From: Antedon mediterranea
Lineage: Eukaryota; Animalia; Echinodermata
Assembly (NCBI RefSeq): GCF_964355755.1
Contig: NC_092677.1
Location: 10,128,101-10,192,100 of the forward strand
Length of the DNA stretch: 64,000 bases
Direction: 5' to 3'
Shown here: in pieces, positions 14,064 through 26,487 of the stretch
How the letters are laid out: every line of letters begins with the position of its first letter
Position numbering within the stretch: the stretch's first letter is position 1
Position numbers and translations under genes: made by a program
Notes under the pieces: generated by a model
What the model saw: the letters and a program-made list of their open reading frames with translations, nothing else
Databases searched by the model: none
What the model was told of the DNA's origin: nothing

Positions 14064-17000
14064 TTATTCACTCACCACTGGTGCTTGCTGTTCATTGTTA
14101 TCTGCCCTTTCATTTCTATAACCACCACGTCCACCGCGATAGCCACCTCTGTAACTGCCTCTGTACCCACCACGTCCACGAGGGCGATAACCACCACGAT
14201 AACCTCCCCTGTACCCACGACGTCCACGGGAACGGTAGTTAGCACTTACTCCAAAAGTTTCAGCATTTAACTTGCGCTCTTCTTTCCAATTTGATCGTGG
14301 ACTGAAAAGCAAATATATTATTCATCAATCATTACAGTACAAAACAGTCTTTATGTCTTAATGTGCCTGGTTTTGTGGAAAGTTTAGTATTCAGAGTGTG
14401 TTTTAATGGTAAAAATGAATTTTGGACCTTCATGAAAAGCCTGTTTCTAGTTTTCAAAGTAATCTTTCTTTCCATAAATTTAGAAATTTTACATTATTAC
14501 TATACTATATGGAAAATGATGATTTACATGTAGTCAAAGTGAAAAACTACGACATTAAAATGGCCTATTCTTTTATATCATTTTTAAACATAAATTGGTT
14601 TAAGATCCCAGAAGGTTTCGGTTTTCAATGTGCCAGCTTACCCTCTGTTAGATGCTTCACATGTAATAGAATCAAAAAATGATTTCTTGGAATCGTAAAA
14701 CAATTCTTCCTCTTCGTCTTGTGCTGCATCACTTGGTTGAGTCTCATTACCTGAATCCTCTTTACATTCACCATTACCTGAAATTGTGACAAAAAATACA
14801 TATATTGTATAGTATATTAAAATTGACATGCCTACAACAATTTGATTAGCAAATTTAGTTAATACAAATACGTACACTACAAACACTGCTCACAGATGTT
14901 TTAACAATTGCTTGTTATGTTATTAAATACAGATATCTCCTTATCTAAAGCTCTGTCTATACTATGAAAATGTGACATACCCATACTTGAACACGATGTT
15001 ATATCACATCACTACCATATTTGGGCACATCAAACTTTTTTTATTGAACTAGTTTGATAGTGTAGACAGCATTGTGATGTCGTAAAGGCTTTTTAAATAA
15101 CCATACAATTTACACTATCATGTTTTTGAAATTGTTTCATTCAAATTAATGCACATCAGGTTGTATTCAAAATAAATTGCGGTCAAATGGAATAAGACTG
15201 TCTGTACCCATCCAAATATCATGTGATACTAGTAGCTTTGCTAATGGCAAAAAAAAAACCAAACACAAACCTAGTTTCAATTTTGTCTGGAATTGTTCTT
15301 CTAATTCGGACTTATCAAACTTGGAATTTGCTTCAGCAAAGTCAAAATCAGTACCAACTTTAATTGCTTCTTTCTTTTGTTGTCGGTTTGGTGCACCACC
15401 ACCAACCACAGTATTGCCACCGGCTCCACCTCCACCACGTCCCCTTCCTCTTCTTTGTGGTTGACCTAACAGTAATTTAAATAATACAGTTAATAACCGA
15501 CTTCTTTGAGCTGTCCTAATAATATCTGGTTTTCCATAAAATCTGGTATTCGAAATGAATTTGGGACTTTTTGGGCCTCAGAAAAAGTCTGGTTTTGGGA
15601 GTTTTCAGAGTATCATATCATTTATTTCAATAAATTTTAAATACAGTACAAAGACATAAAAACAGTACAAAAGTAAACCAATAACAGCATTGGGAGAGTT
15701 GACTGTTGTTTGACATTTTAATTGTAATAATTCAACATCAAATTTATACTTGTTTACTGTATGAAGTATACCATTTTCGCGAAAGGAAAATAAACCCATT
15801 GCTTAATATGAAAATATAATAGAGAGTAGAGAAAAAGTATATTTCCACAGTATGTATTCAATTTTGTGTCAGAAAAATACCAAAAAAATCATAAATTAAA
15901 TTTAAAATTTACCATCCCTACGATCTCTCCAGCCTCTATTGTCACGATTGTCCCGCCATTCACGGTTATCACGCCATTCACGGTTATCGCGCCACTCACG
16001 ATTGTCCCGCGTATCCCGTCTTTCTTTACTATCACGCCATTCCCTCGAATCAATATATTGATTCCCTTTTTTGGTGTCTGTGGTTTGCTGGCTTGATTTT
16101 TTATCTTCTTTGGAGCTTTGTCTACGTACTTGTTTACCCCCTTCGTTCTTTCTTTCGTGACCATCATCTTTCTTCTTTTGTGGGGAATCTGGTCCAGATG
16201 CTTGGACACCTTGTTCCATTGTAGGAGATTTACGTACTGGTATGTTTAAAGGCGGAGTTTGCCTATCTGTGAAAATCAAGCAATAAAGTTTTAATAATTT
16301 AATTTAAATAATGTTCAATGTCTCTTTTAATGTTATATACACTGTTATTGAGATACATACATAGTTATACTATAGGTGAATGACCACAACATGAGGTGAA
16401 TAAACAATTACTAGGTGAGACTAGTGACTGCACCCAATATTATCACCATCCATATACATGATTACAGAAAATACTAAAAAAAAATATTCAGTTTAATACC
16501 ATTCAGTCTTACCATGGGTATGGGACATCCCGGGTACACCCATTTGTCCGGTCATCATACCACCGTACGCCGAGTTGTAAGGCAGACCTCCGAAGGGACC
16601 GTAGCTTGGAGTGGACTGCTGAGGGAAGGATCCTGGTGGCGCTGTGTATCCATGACCAGCTGGTGTACTACCATGGGAATGCTAGGAGAAAAAACAAAGT
16701 TACATGGAAAAAAATAATACTTGAAAAGGAGGAGGAGAAGGGTGTATGCAGTAGCGTACTACATTGAAATAATGTTTAGATGCGTGGATGAATTAGGTAG
16801 TATAGGTGACAACTACATACTTGCACAATTGCGGGGTCTCTAGCCAACTCTGAACTTGAAGACTGCGCACATTTTGGTGGCTCACACACATGAATATCTT
16901 TGATATCGTTCCCACGAAATACGATGTAGTCGTACACCTGCGATTGTGGCGCTATCGGTCGCTCTACGGGTCGGTCTTCAGTTCCAAATGAACGAACTAG

Positions 17001-17645
17001 TAAAAAAAAAATATATAAGACGTGTTGTTAAAGATTTCAGTAATATTAATAATATATCTGAATATTTTGTTGGCGACTGCTGCAAGGGGGTTATAAACTT
17101 ATACTAGGCCTAGGCCTAAATGTTATTTAAAAAGATTGTTTGTTTTAAAGTAATTGTATGATGAATGATATTAAATTATAAAACTTGTGTTATCTCTAAA
17201 AGGTTTAATTACTAATGGCTCGTTTTCTTGACTTTTCCACGACCTAACATCATCAAGCAAGGAGAGAAGGATTGAAATGAAAGGTCGAGGAAGATTTTTC
17301 AGCAAAACAAAATAGAAGGAAGAAAAAAGGAATGCAATATTTTGTTTGTAATATTGATGACTTTAGTAACAATGACCATGTCTAAATCTTTCACATATCG
17401 ACACAATTTACTATGCCATCAAGCACTGCTTAACTACAGAATGCCAGTTAACAAAGACCTCTCGTTGTTCTAATGGTAGGTAAATATAAGCGGAATGACG
17501 CTTAAAGAAAAAAACTGGACTAACCCGAAGCTAAAGTAACAGTAGATTCTGCAGCATTTATCGTATATAATTGCCCTTCATACCGAATTTCAGCTCTTGA
17601 TATTAGGCTAATTTTACTACCAATGTATGGCGCTCCAACACTCAT
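14064..17645 (-). CDS. LSM14: LSM14 / RAP55 / Trailer hitch homolog. Exons 17645-17525, 16996-16821, 16681-16513, 16266-15913, 15465-15271, 14777-14642, 14301-14064
   Basis: Lsm domain [39 protein letters not shown], then DFDF box ([13 protein letters not shown]), FFD box ([12 protein letters not shown]), TFG box ([11 protein letters not shown]) and an RGG tail. Introns are GT-AG and in phase. Confidence 0.95.
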
Positions 17646-18445
17646 CTTTAAAGGTTGAAGATATCTTACAACCTTAGAGGATGGGAAATGATTGAATTGA
17701 CCAACTCTCTTTCAGCCTCTTCTGTTTGCAGATCAAAATCACAAATAAAATGGCGGAGAATCAGTAAATTATAGAGGGCGACATTACAAAACTTTGCTGC
17801 TGCTTCCCCACCACCACCAGGATCCATTATAATTAATATGCAGAATTTTTAAAACAATTATTGTCATTAAAGGCAATAGGCCTATATGTTTTAATTATCG
17901 ACCCTCATTTTAAAAGAATGCAATATTTTTTATTGATTTTTTTTTTTTTAATGAAACATAGTTTTGTCACCTTTTATTCATTTCATTTATTGTTTTACTA
18001 TAATTTATTTAAAACATAATTGAATTGATTGTAAGTATATCATTATGAATATGATAATGACAATTTTTAAAACTAGTTGTAAACTGTGGATAATGAGCAG
18101 ACTTTTTAGTTAGATGATGATACATCATTCATATCCACCGCCTTAAAAAAAGTTTTATGCACACAAGTGAAGGAATTGTTTTGTTTGTATTTCTACGCCA
18201 ACAGATAAACTTTAAACAACTAAAACTTTACATTGAGACAATAACAATAATAAAATATTTGAAGATTGAAAAGAAAAATATACAGATTGATATTGATATT
18301 TATAAAAAAAAAGTTTGTATTAAAAATTTGTAAAAGTTACACATCGCCCTCTATATTCTCGCTTGCGGTAATCAAACAATCCCATAATAACATTCACGTT
18401 GAGCATGCGCTTTGTCATTTTAAATTCAGACTCCATGAAGGAAAG
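17646..18445. promoter_or_regulatory. Probable bidirectional promoter, LSM14 / TAF4
   Basis: Divergent ATGs 800 bp apart. YY1-like AAAATGGCGG at ~17747 and AAGATGGCGG over the TAF4 ATG. A CGCCCTCTA motif lies upstream of each gene (~17772 on -, ~18345 on +). Confidence 0.6.
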
Positions 18446-21400
18446 ATGGCGGGCACGACGTCCTTGGAACTGGAAGACATCCTTTCGTCTGAGGTAGATG
18501 AAAGTGCCGTGAGATCACTTGTTGGTTCTTTGGAGTCCCAATTAGCTTCATCAAGCACCATTCCTTCTGGTACTGTGGCTACGGAGACTGCAGGACGCAA
18601 CAATCATGCTAATATTACGTTGAGCACTTCGGCAAACAACATGCAGCCCGTCCAGCCCGCCACAACTACAATTCAAAACTCGCACTCAACCGGGGCTAAA
18701 GAGGTCGTATCTGGACATGTATTTCCAAACAAAACGGTCGTGTCTATAGCTCCAATTCAAGTTTCTAGTCCGCAGGTTTCAACCCCTGGTGTTGTAGTGA
18801 GTACAGAAAATAAACCAGTACAAAAAACCACTGTTCCAACAACTTGTGTAAGAATTATAACACTTCCCACAAGTGGTGGAGGAACTGTTTTGGCTTCTGA
18901 AAACAGCATTGCTACAGTCAACCTTTCAGACTCTGCTAAAAATATTATGAGGCCAAGTAGGACTACACAAGCAATAACACAACAGAGTATAAATCCACAA
19001 ATAGTAACTGGAAACGGAAAGAATGTCATTGTCAGTAGTAACGTGGTTGTTACTTCAGAAAGTAAGCCTACAATAACGTTAACGTCGGGTAAACAACCGG
19101 TTACGTTGACGCAGTTAACTACGGTTCAACCAAATACTGATCCCTCACAACTTGTAACAAACACACAGCCACAATTTGTGCAAACTATTCGCCCAAGAGG
19201 GGCAGTTGATCAAACCGTGACAGTCGGAGTAACAAATACAAGTACGATAGCTACACGGGCGTTAACGCCGAATCCGCAACAAGTTGTAATGCAACCTGGA
19301 GGTCAGATATTGACGCAGCCTGTTAGAATTGCGCCTGGTCAACAGGTCATTGCACCAAGGCCGCAGAACGTTCAAATACGATTACCCGATGGAACAACAT
19401 TACCCCCAGGAGTTGTTCTCATTAAGGACGGCATGGTAGTTGGAAGTACTGCTTCGTTAGGTCAACATGTTACTAGTTCGCAAGGAACAATTTATAGAAC
19501 TGTTCAGGTATAAAATCTGAAATTTGAAATATTTCTAGACCATTTTGTTAGCTTTAAATTGAAGCGGTATAAACAATTTGGCCTTTATTTAAAATTTTGT
19601 AAAGTTGGAAAATTCATTTACACTATCATCAACTTCTCACAGTACTAATACTACAGTAGTATATAACCTGTTCATATTTGAATCATAACTTAAGATCCAA
19701 TGGAAATAAAGAATATTAATCATGTGATGAAAACAAATGTTGACCTACTTTTACTTGACCTTGAATGTTATTGTTTTATTTACCCTTTACAACTCTCTTT
19801 TTGTATTCCCATAACATCAACACTAAAGAACACTTCAGAGTCAGCTTTATTTATTTGTGAAATTTTAAATTAATATCTTGATTTTTAAATTTATTTTTTT
19901 TGTAGGCAAATTAATGTGTAACTTAATTGCACTGCTTTATCAGTCATTTGACTGACTACTGCAGTTTGATTTGAAATAACTTGCAATATTCATTTTTCTG
20001 ATAATTATTGTATTTGTTTTTATTTTTGTTAATAGAGTCCACAAGTTATAACACAGTCTGCAATACGTCCTGCCAATACAATGAGGTTGACTTCACCGGC
20101 TCCTATACAACTTCGAAATATACAAGGACATGGAAACGCAGCCGGTTTACCCGTACGGCCGGCAATGACGGTGCTAACAGCTCCTGGCAAAGGAAACCCA
20201 ACACTTATCAGTGGCTTACCCACTTCTGGGGCTGTTGGTTCAAATACTATAGTAGGTCAGCCGTCTGCTGGCGTGACCTTGACCTCTGCGAACTTGGACA
20301 GTGTAAAAAAATGTAAAAACTTTTTAACGACTTTGATCAAATTGGCGGCGAATGCAAATCAGCCACCGAATACAGTTCAGAATGTGAAGGATTTAGTTCA
20401 AAATTTAGTGGTAAGTTTAAATGGTGCTTTTACAGTACCCTCTGGAGCTCTGTCTACCCTATCAACCTTTATGTGAAAATGAGATGTGCCCATATATGGA
20501 CATGATGATGTCATATCGCTACCATATTTGGGCATATCCTCACCATATTTGGGCACATCAACCTTTTTTGTCACATTAGTTTTATGGTGTAGACAGAGCT
20601 TTAAGCATATAGGACCAAAGGGTTTATGGATCATCATCATATCTACTATATACAGGTATTAATTATATACCATACAATTAATTTAGGACCAAGTATAGTT
20701 CCTGGAGGGCTGGATACACAATTTATAGAAAATTAGGGGTTAGGACTATATCCGGATATTGAAAGACAACTTAGCATCTGAAAGCAAATGTAAATTTTTG
20801 GGTGGGATTATAATTGAGCATTGGATTACTTTGTACTGTACATTGAATGAAAACTATGAGATGTATCATACACACAATACTACAAGAACGGTGCATACAG
20901 TAATCGCAAAATGAAAGTGCTGTTTTGTCTAAATGTGCATACTGTATTTCATGATCTATAAAATCTATGCACATGGATTAGAGGTCCTATTTTATAGTAT
21001 GCTAGTACTAATAGTTATAATATGCAAGAATTGATATTACAAAATGTCATTAACCAGTAAAAAGGGTTAATACACAAATTATGTGTTTGCACTTAAGCTC
21101 TGTCTACAAAAAAAGTGTGATGGGCCAATATATGGTAGTGATGTGCTTAAATATGGTAGTGATACATCATCAGGTCCATATATGGCCACATCACATTTTT
21201 TATCACATAAAGTTTGATAGTGTAGACAGAGCCTTATACTATAAAGACTAAATACTAATATTGGCAGGCCAATCTAATCCAATTTGTTATTATACTATTT
21301 TATTAAAACTTCACTGATTATTTAACTGTTTTGTTGCAGGATGGAAAGATTGAACCTGAGGAATTTACATTGAAATTACAGAAGGAGTTAAAGTCTTCAC

Positions 21401-24400
21401 CTCAACCCTACTTAGTGCCTTTTCTTAAGGTAAGTATCGTAAAACACAACCCATGTCTTAGTGTTGTATCATAGAGGGAATCAAACTTAAAATGTCTTAA
21501 ACTCAACAATTTTAAACATAGAAAACACTCAGTAAAACCTTGTTATTTTCTTCAGATTTGTGTAACTTTGGCTTTGTCCTGATTATTGTAAGGTGGCCAT
21601 TATACCACAAACACACTATAAATAACATACACTTGTAATTTGGCCATAAAAAATTTTGTTAATATTTAAAAATTATTAATATACTTTTTTTATTACAGAA
21701 AAGTTTACCTCTTCTGAGACAGACGTTAAAGGGGCCTTTATTAGCTCCACAGGCGCCAGGAACCTCTATCATGACCCCAGGAGTCGGTGTTGCACAACCT
21801 AACCTCATGTCTTCTGTTGCAACCACCAACCAGAAAACTGTTACTGGACACAAAACCATTAACCTGAATCTCAACCATGTGCAACTGTTACCACAGGGTG
21901 CAGCTAAGAGCCAGTTTATAACACCAGCACCACCTAGGTTACAAGTAAGGCATTACTTGCTACATCAAGATTGTGCTTAATTATTTTGTTTCGAAATATG
22001 GAACTCTTAAAGATCTGTCTACACTATCAAACTAGTTAGACAAAAAAAGTGTCCCAAATATGGTAGTGATATGACATCATCGTGTCCATATATGGGTACA
22101 TCACATTTGATAGTGTAGATAGAGCTTTAGGTATAATTGTGTGTAAGTATGAATTATTGCTGTAAGCTCAATTATACATAATGGTCATTACATAATGACA
22201 AATAAAAATGACAATGCATTTAGAATCATCTACGTCTAATATATAGTATAAACAACAGTCTCTGCAAGGATATTGTGTTCAGTAAACATAGCAAACTGAG
22301 CTATTGTGTGTAGCTAGCTGTATAGAGCTATGTTCACAACAAGATTTGATCCAGTCGGGTTGCTGGAGAAGAAGAGATTGTGAATAGGTGTGCTCATATA
22401 TAGACATGATGATGATGATGACTACCATATTTGTGCATATTACTTTGGTCCTAAAGGGGGTCTCCTTACTAACTGTATTATAACAGCAAAGATTAAAACA
22501 AAAGAGCACTAAGATATTTTCAAGAATTGATCATAACCCTGCCATTCTTTAAAAATTAATAAATCAAATGCTTCCATTTAGGCTCCAACGCCACGAAGTA
22601 TAGCGGGTCAGAATTTGATTCATGCCAACACGCTGGTCAATCACATTCGGGCTGCCGTAAACCCAGGCACTGTGATACTCAACCAGGCAAGGATACAAGC
22701 AGCACATCGAATGTCAGCTGTTGCCGCTAAAGCTGGTGCTGCAGCTACACCACCGAGGGATAAAGGAAATAAACATACCTTCAGGTAAATTAGAATAGTG
22801 TTATTAAAGGCAAACAGTTAATAAAGGGGACATTTTTGAATTCCAAATGTGTCCCTTAAATTATACATTGCTACCATTGAACAAGAGGAAATATATGTTT
22901 TAACACTACAGAAAACAGTTATTAAAGGGACACTTTTGGGTCCCGAATGTGTCCTCTTAATAGAGCTTCTACTGTGTACCATTAAACAAGGAGAAATGTA
23001 TTTGTTAACGCTATGACAAACTGCTATTAAAGGGAAACTGTATTTAAATTATAACACCATTAATACTACTACTATCAATCATTTTATTATCATAGTTATT
23101 ATTATTAGTAGTATTGTTATACTAAATTACAAACTGAAATGATGTTTTTTTCCTAATAGGGATGATGATGACATTAATGATGTGGCATCAATGGCAGGAG
23201 TGAATCTAATGGAAGAGAATGCTCGTATCTTAGCAACAAATTCCGAACTGATTGGTACCCAAATTCGTTCCTGTAAAGATGAAGCATTTTTAGGATCAAA
23301 ACCTTTACATACCAAGATCAATATGTTGTGTGAGTGTTATTATTAATAATTACCCTAGGTTAAACAAAATGTTACTATGGTGGTGATATGTCCAAATATG
23401 GTAGTGATAGGACATCATCACATTGTTAAAGTAATGTTAGATAGTGTAGAAAGAGCTTAAGCCAAGGCCATATGCCTATTATAAATCTCTGTCTAAACTA
23501 TCAAACTAGTTTGACAAAAGAAGTTGATGAAGATGTGCCCAAATATGGTAGTGTTATGACATCATCACATTGTTAAAGTAATGTTAGATAGTGTAGAAAG
23601 AGCTTAAGCCGAGGCCATATGCCTATTATAAATCTCTGTCTAAACTATCAAACTAGTTTGACAAAAAAAGTTGATGAAGATGTGCCCAAATATGGTAGTG
23701 TTATGACATCATCATGTCCATATAGGGGCAAATCACATTTTTTTGTCACATAAAGTTTTGTAAAGTGAAGACAGAGCTTAAGAACTAGATGTCCAGCCAA
23801 ATCACATTAAATAATATTTTTGTTACGTACTGTGCTTTGTTTGAATCACTTTACTGTTTGACTCTATGGTTCTTATAGTGTATGTCTGTGACCTAAACAT
23901 ATTCTGTATATAACAAAATATCATTACAATGTAAAGCTCTGTCTACACTATCAAACTAGTTTAGTGGTATGTGGTATGTCCAAATAGGGTAGTGATATGA
24001 CATCAGACATCATGTTCATATATGGGCACATTTTTTTTTTGTCGCATAAAGTTTGATAGTGTAGACAAGACTTTAACAATCGGGATTTGAACCTATAACT
24101 CATTAGTAATTGTTGTACCCACCTTGCTTACTTTAATAAATATGTTTACCATTTTGTATTTTCTTCATGCAGGTGCTAAGCATGGTCTTGGGGACACAAC
24201 AGCAGACGTTGTTAATCTTATATCACACGCAACGCAGCAGAGACTGAAAGATTTAGTAGAGAAATTAGATGTAGTGTCACTTCATAGGACTGAAATTTAT
24301 AAGGTATACCAAAAGTGTAATGCATCAGAGCCCCTCCTTTGGGACACCCCTGTTCAGGGGACATCATTAAAGAACACTTTGTTGGTTCCTAAATGTGTCC

Positions 24401-26487
24401 CATCGGTTATAATGTATAGTAATTTAGTTACAGACTTCAAACAAGCCCAAAATGGTATCTAAATCAAGTTTGATCTGAAATACAATAATTTAATTTGATG
24501 ATGTTTTACACTTTATACAATATAAATATACCTCTATTAAGAAGACACTTTTTTGGGTCTTGAACATGTCCACTTAATAGGAATTCTACTGTGCTTGGTT
24601 ATAGTTGAAACTGGTTCATTACAATCTAGTATTGCAATGTGTCTAATGTGCATTCTTTCTGGCTTGTGTAGCATAAATCTCTGTCTAAACTATCAAACTA
24701 GTTTGACACAAAGTGTGTTATGGTCAAATATATCATCCTATCCATATAATATGGGCACATCACAGTTTTTTGTCACATACAGTTTGATAGTGTAGACAGA
24801 GCTTATGATTCCATTAATCCACATTGTCTTATAAGCTTAGGATATCACACACCTGTACAAAGAGTTATTTGAGGGGAGTATTTTTGTTGTTGAGTCTTCA
24901 CTAAATATATTTTTATTTTGTTAATATTTGTTTGATAGACTGACTCTCGGTACGAAGAAGCCAGTGATGTACGTAGTCAAATGAAATTCTTCGAGCAGCT
25001 TGATTCATTAGAAAGAAAACGTAGAGATGAACAAGAGAGGGAATTGTTATTACGAGCTGCTAAGGTTTGCTTTTTTTTTCAAATCAAATCTTGGAATAGT
25101 AACTTATGGATTGAATGAATCATGGATTGAATAATCTACTATTTTATTGATTGAAAAACTTAAATATTTACTCTTTTAGAGTTGTTCCAAACAAGAAAAT
25201 CCAAAGCAGCTTTAATAGAAATCAAATGTTTTATTAATTGAGATTAATGGAGTGGATTAATTGATTTAAATGATTCATGGATTGATTAATCCACTCATAT
25301 TTACTCCTTTAGAGTCGTTCCAAACAAGAAGATCCAGAGCAGCTTCGATTAAAACAAAAGGCAAAAGAGATGCAACAAAAAGAGATGGACCAAGCGAGGA
25401 TGTACAATGCTAACATGGTTGCATTGGATGCTATTGGACCGCGGAAACGCAAACGAGACTCATTTGCAGCTGGAGGCCTATCATCGGTATGTTTTCACAA
25501 CATCCAACAATTATTATTTCCAAATTTTTTTCTTTTCTGTGCTACAAGGAACTATACAATATATGATATATTCTTTCCTTTCTTACAGGGTGGAATAGGG
25601 TCATCTGCGCTTTCTGGTAGCTCACCATCCGTTGCTAGAACTCAAGTAAGTGCCAAATCACACTGTTTAGGGTCGGTTTCCACCAAATGCAGAAAAGTGA
25701 ATTTCACATCAATTAAACAACATGCGATAGAATGAAAGCTTAGCAACAATACTTCCAATGTGAACATGGTTATTAAAAATTAACTCCAAAAGACATTTCT
25801 TCCTTTGACATGTGTAGGTGTAGGCAGTGTCGAGTTGCTCATCCACTTCTGGCGAGAAAACAATTTTACCTTATCGAAACCATATCTTAAATATTCAAAT
25901 GCAGTAGAACACCTCCTCTGGGACACTTTCCTATCAAATGAACAAGGGGAAATATGTTATCTACAGCCATTTGAACACCTGTTACGAGGAGGACACTTTG
26001 TTGAATCCAAATGGTGTCCTATTAATTAAGAATAATATTGCATAACATCTGGTCAGACTAATTGCCCTATCAAGTTATAATAAATAACAATTTCAGATAG
26101 TTGAAAAAGGCCAAATAGATACCAACATTATTGATTTAGGGAAGAACTTACAATTATTATATTAACAGAAAATAACATTTTTAATATAAAATTTCAACAT
26201 ACCTTGAATTATTGACCACGTTTCACATGTCTTTATCAGAAGAATCCTATGAGTGTTTGTTTAAAAAAACATTTTTTCTTTTTAACACCACGTATAAACT
26301 TTCATTCGAACATTTTTAATAATATTGAATACACTACAAATCTGCAATCTTATGTTTACTTTATGAGAATTTTGTTTAACAGATTCGCCGTGTGAAGAGA
26401 GTGACGCTTCGAGATCTATTATTTGTACTTGAACAAGAACGAGAGACAAGGAAATCGGACATCCTTTACCGTGGCTACCTCAAGTAG
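18446..26487 (+). CDS. TAF4: TFIID subunit 4. Exons 18446-19507, 20036-20410, 21340-21429, 21699-21944, 22582-22784, 23160-23329, 24173-24303, 24939-25064, 25313-25486, 25589-25645, 26383-26487
   Basis: N-terminal SEVDESAVRSLVGSLESQL; TAFH domain KKCKNFLTTLIKLA..EPEEFTLKLQKELKSSPQPYLVPFLKKSLP; DDDDINDVASMAGVNL; histone fold VVNLISHATQQRLKDLVEKL; C-terminal RVTLRDLLFVLEQE..LYRGYLK*. Confidence 0.96.

Noticed and set aside
18266-18445. N-terminal extension of the 415-aa ORF
   Set aside because: It starts at TTG in AT-rich promoter sequence; TAF4 homology begins at ATG 18446.
20398-20640. ORFs containing '[15 protein letters not shown]' (also 28482, 35128, 56388)
   Set aside because: These are chance translations of MITE family A.
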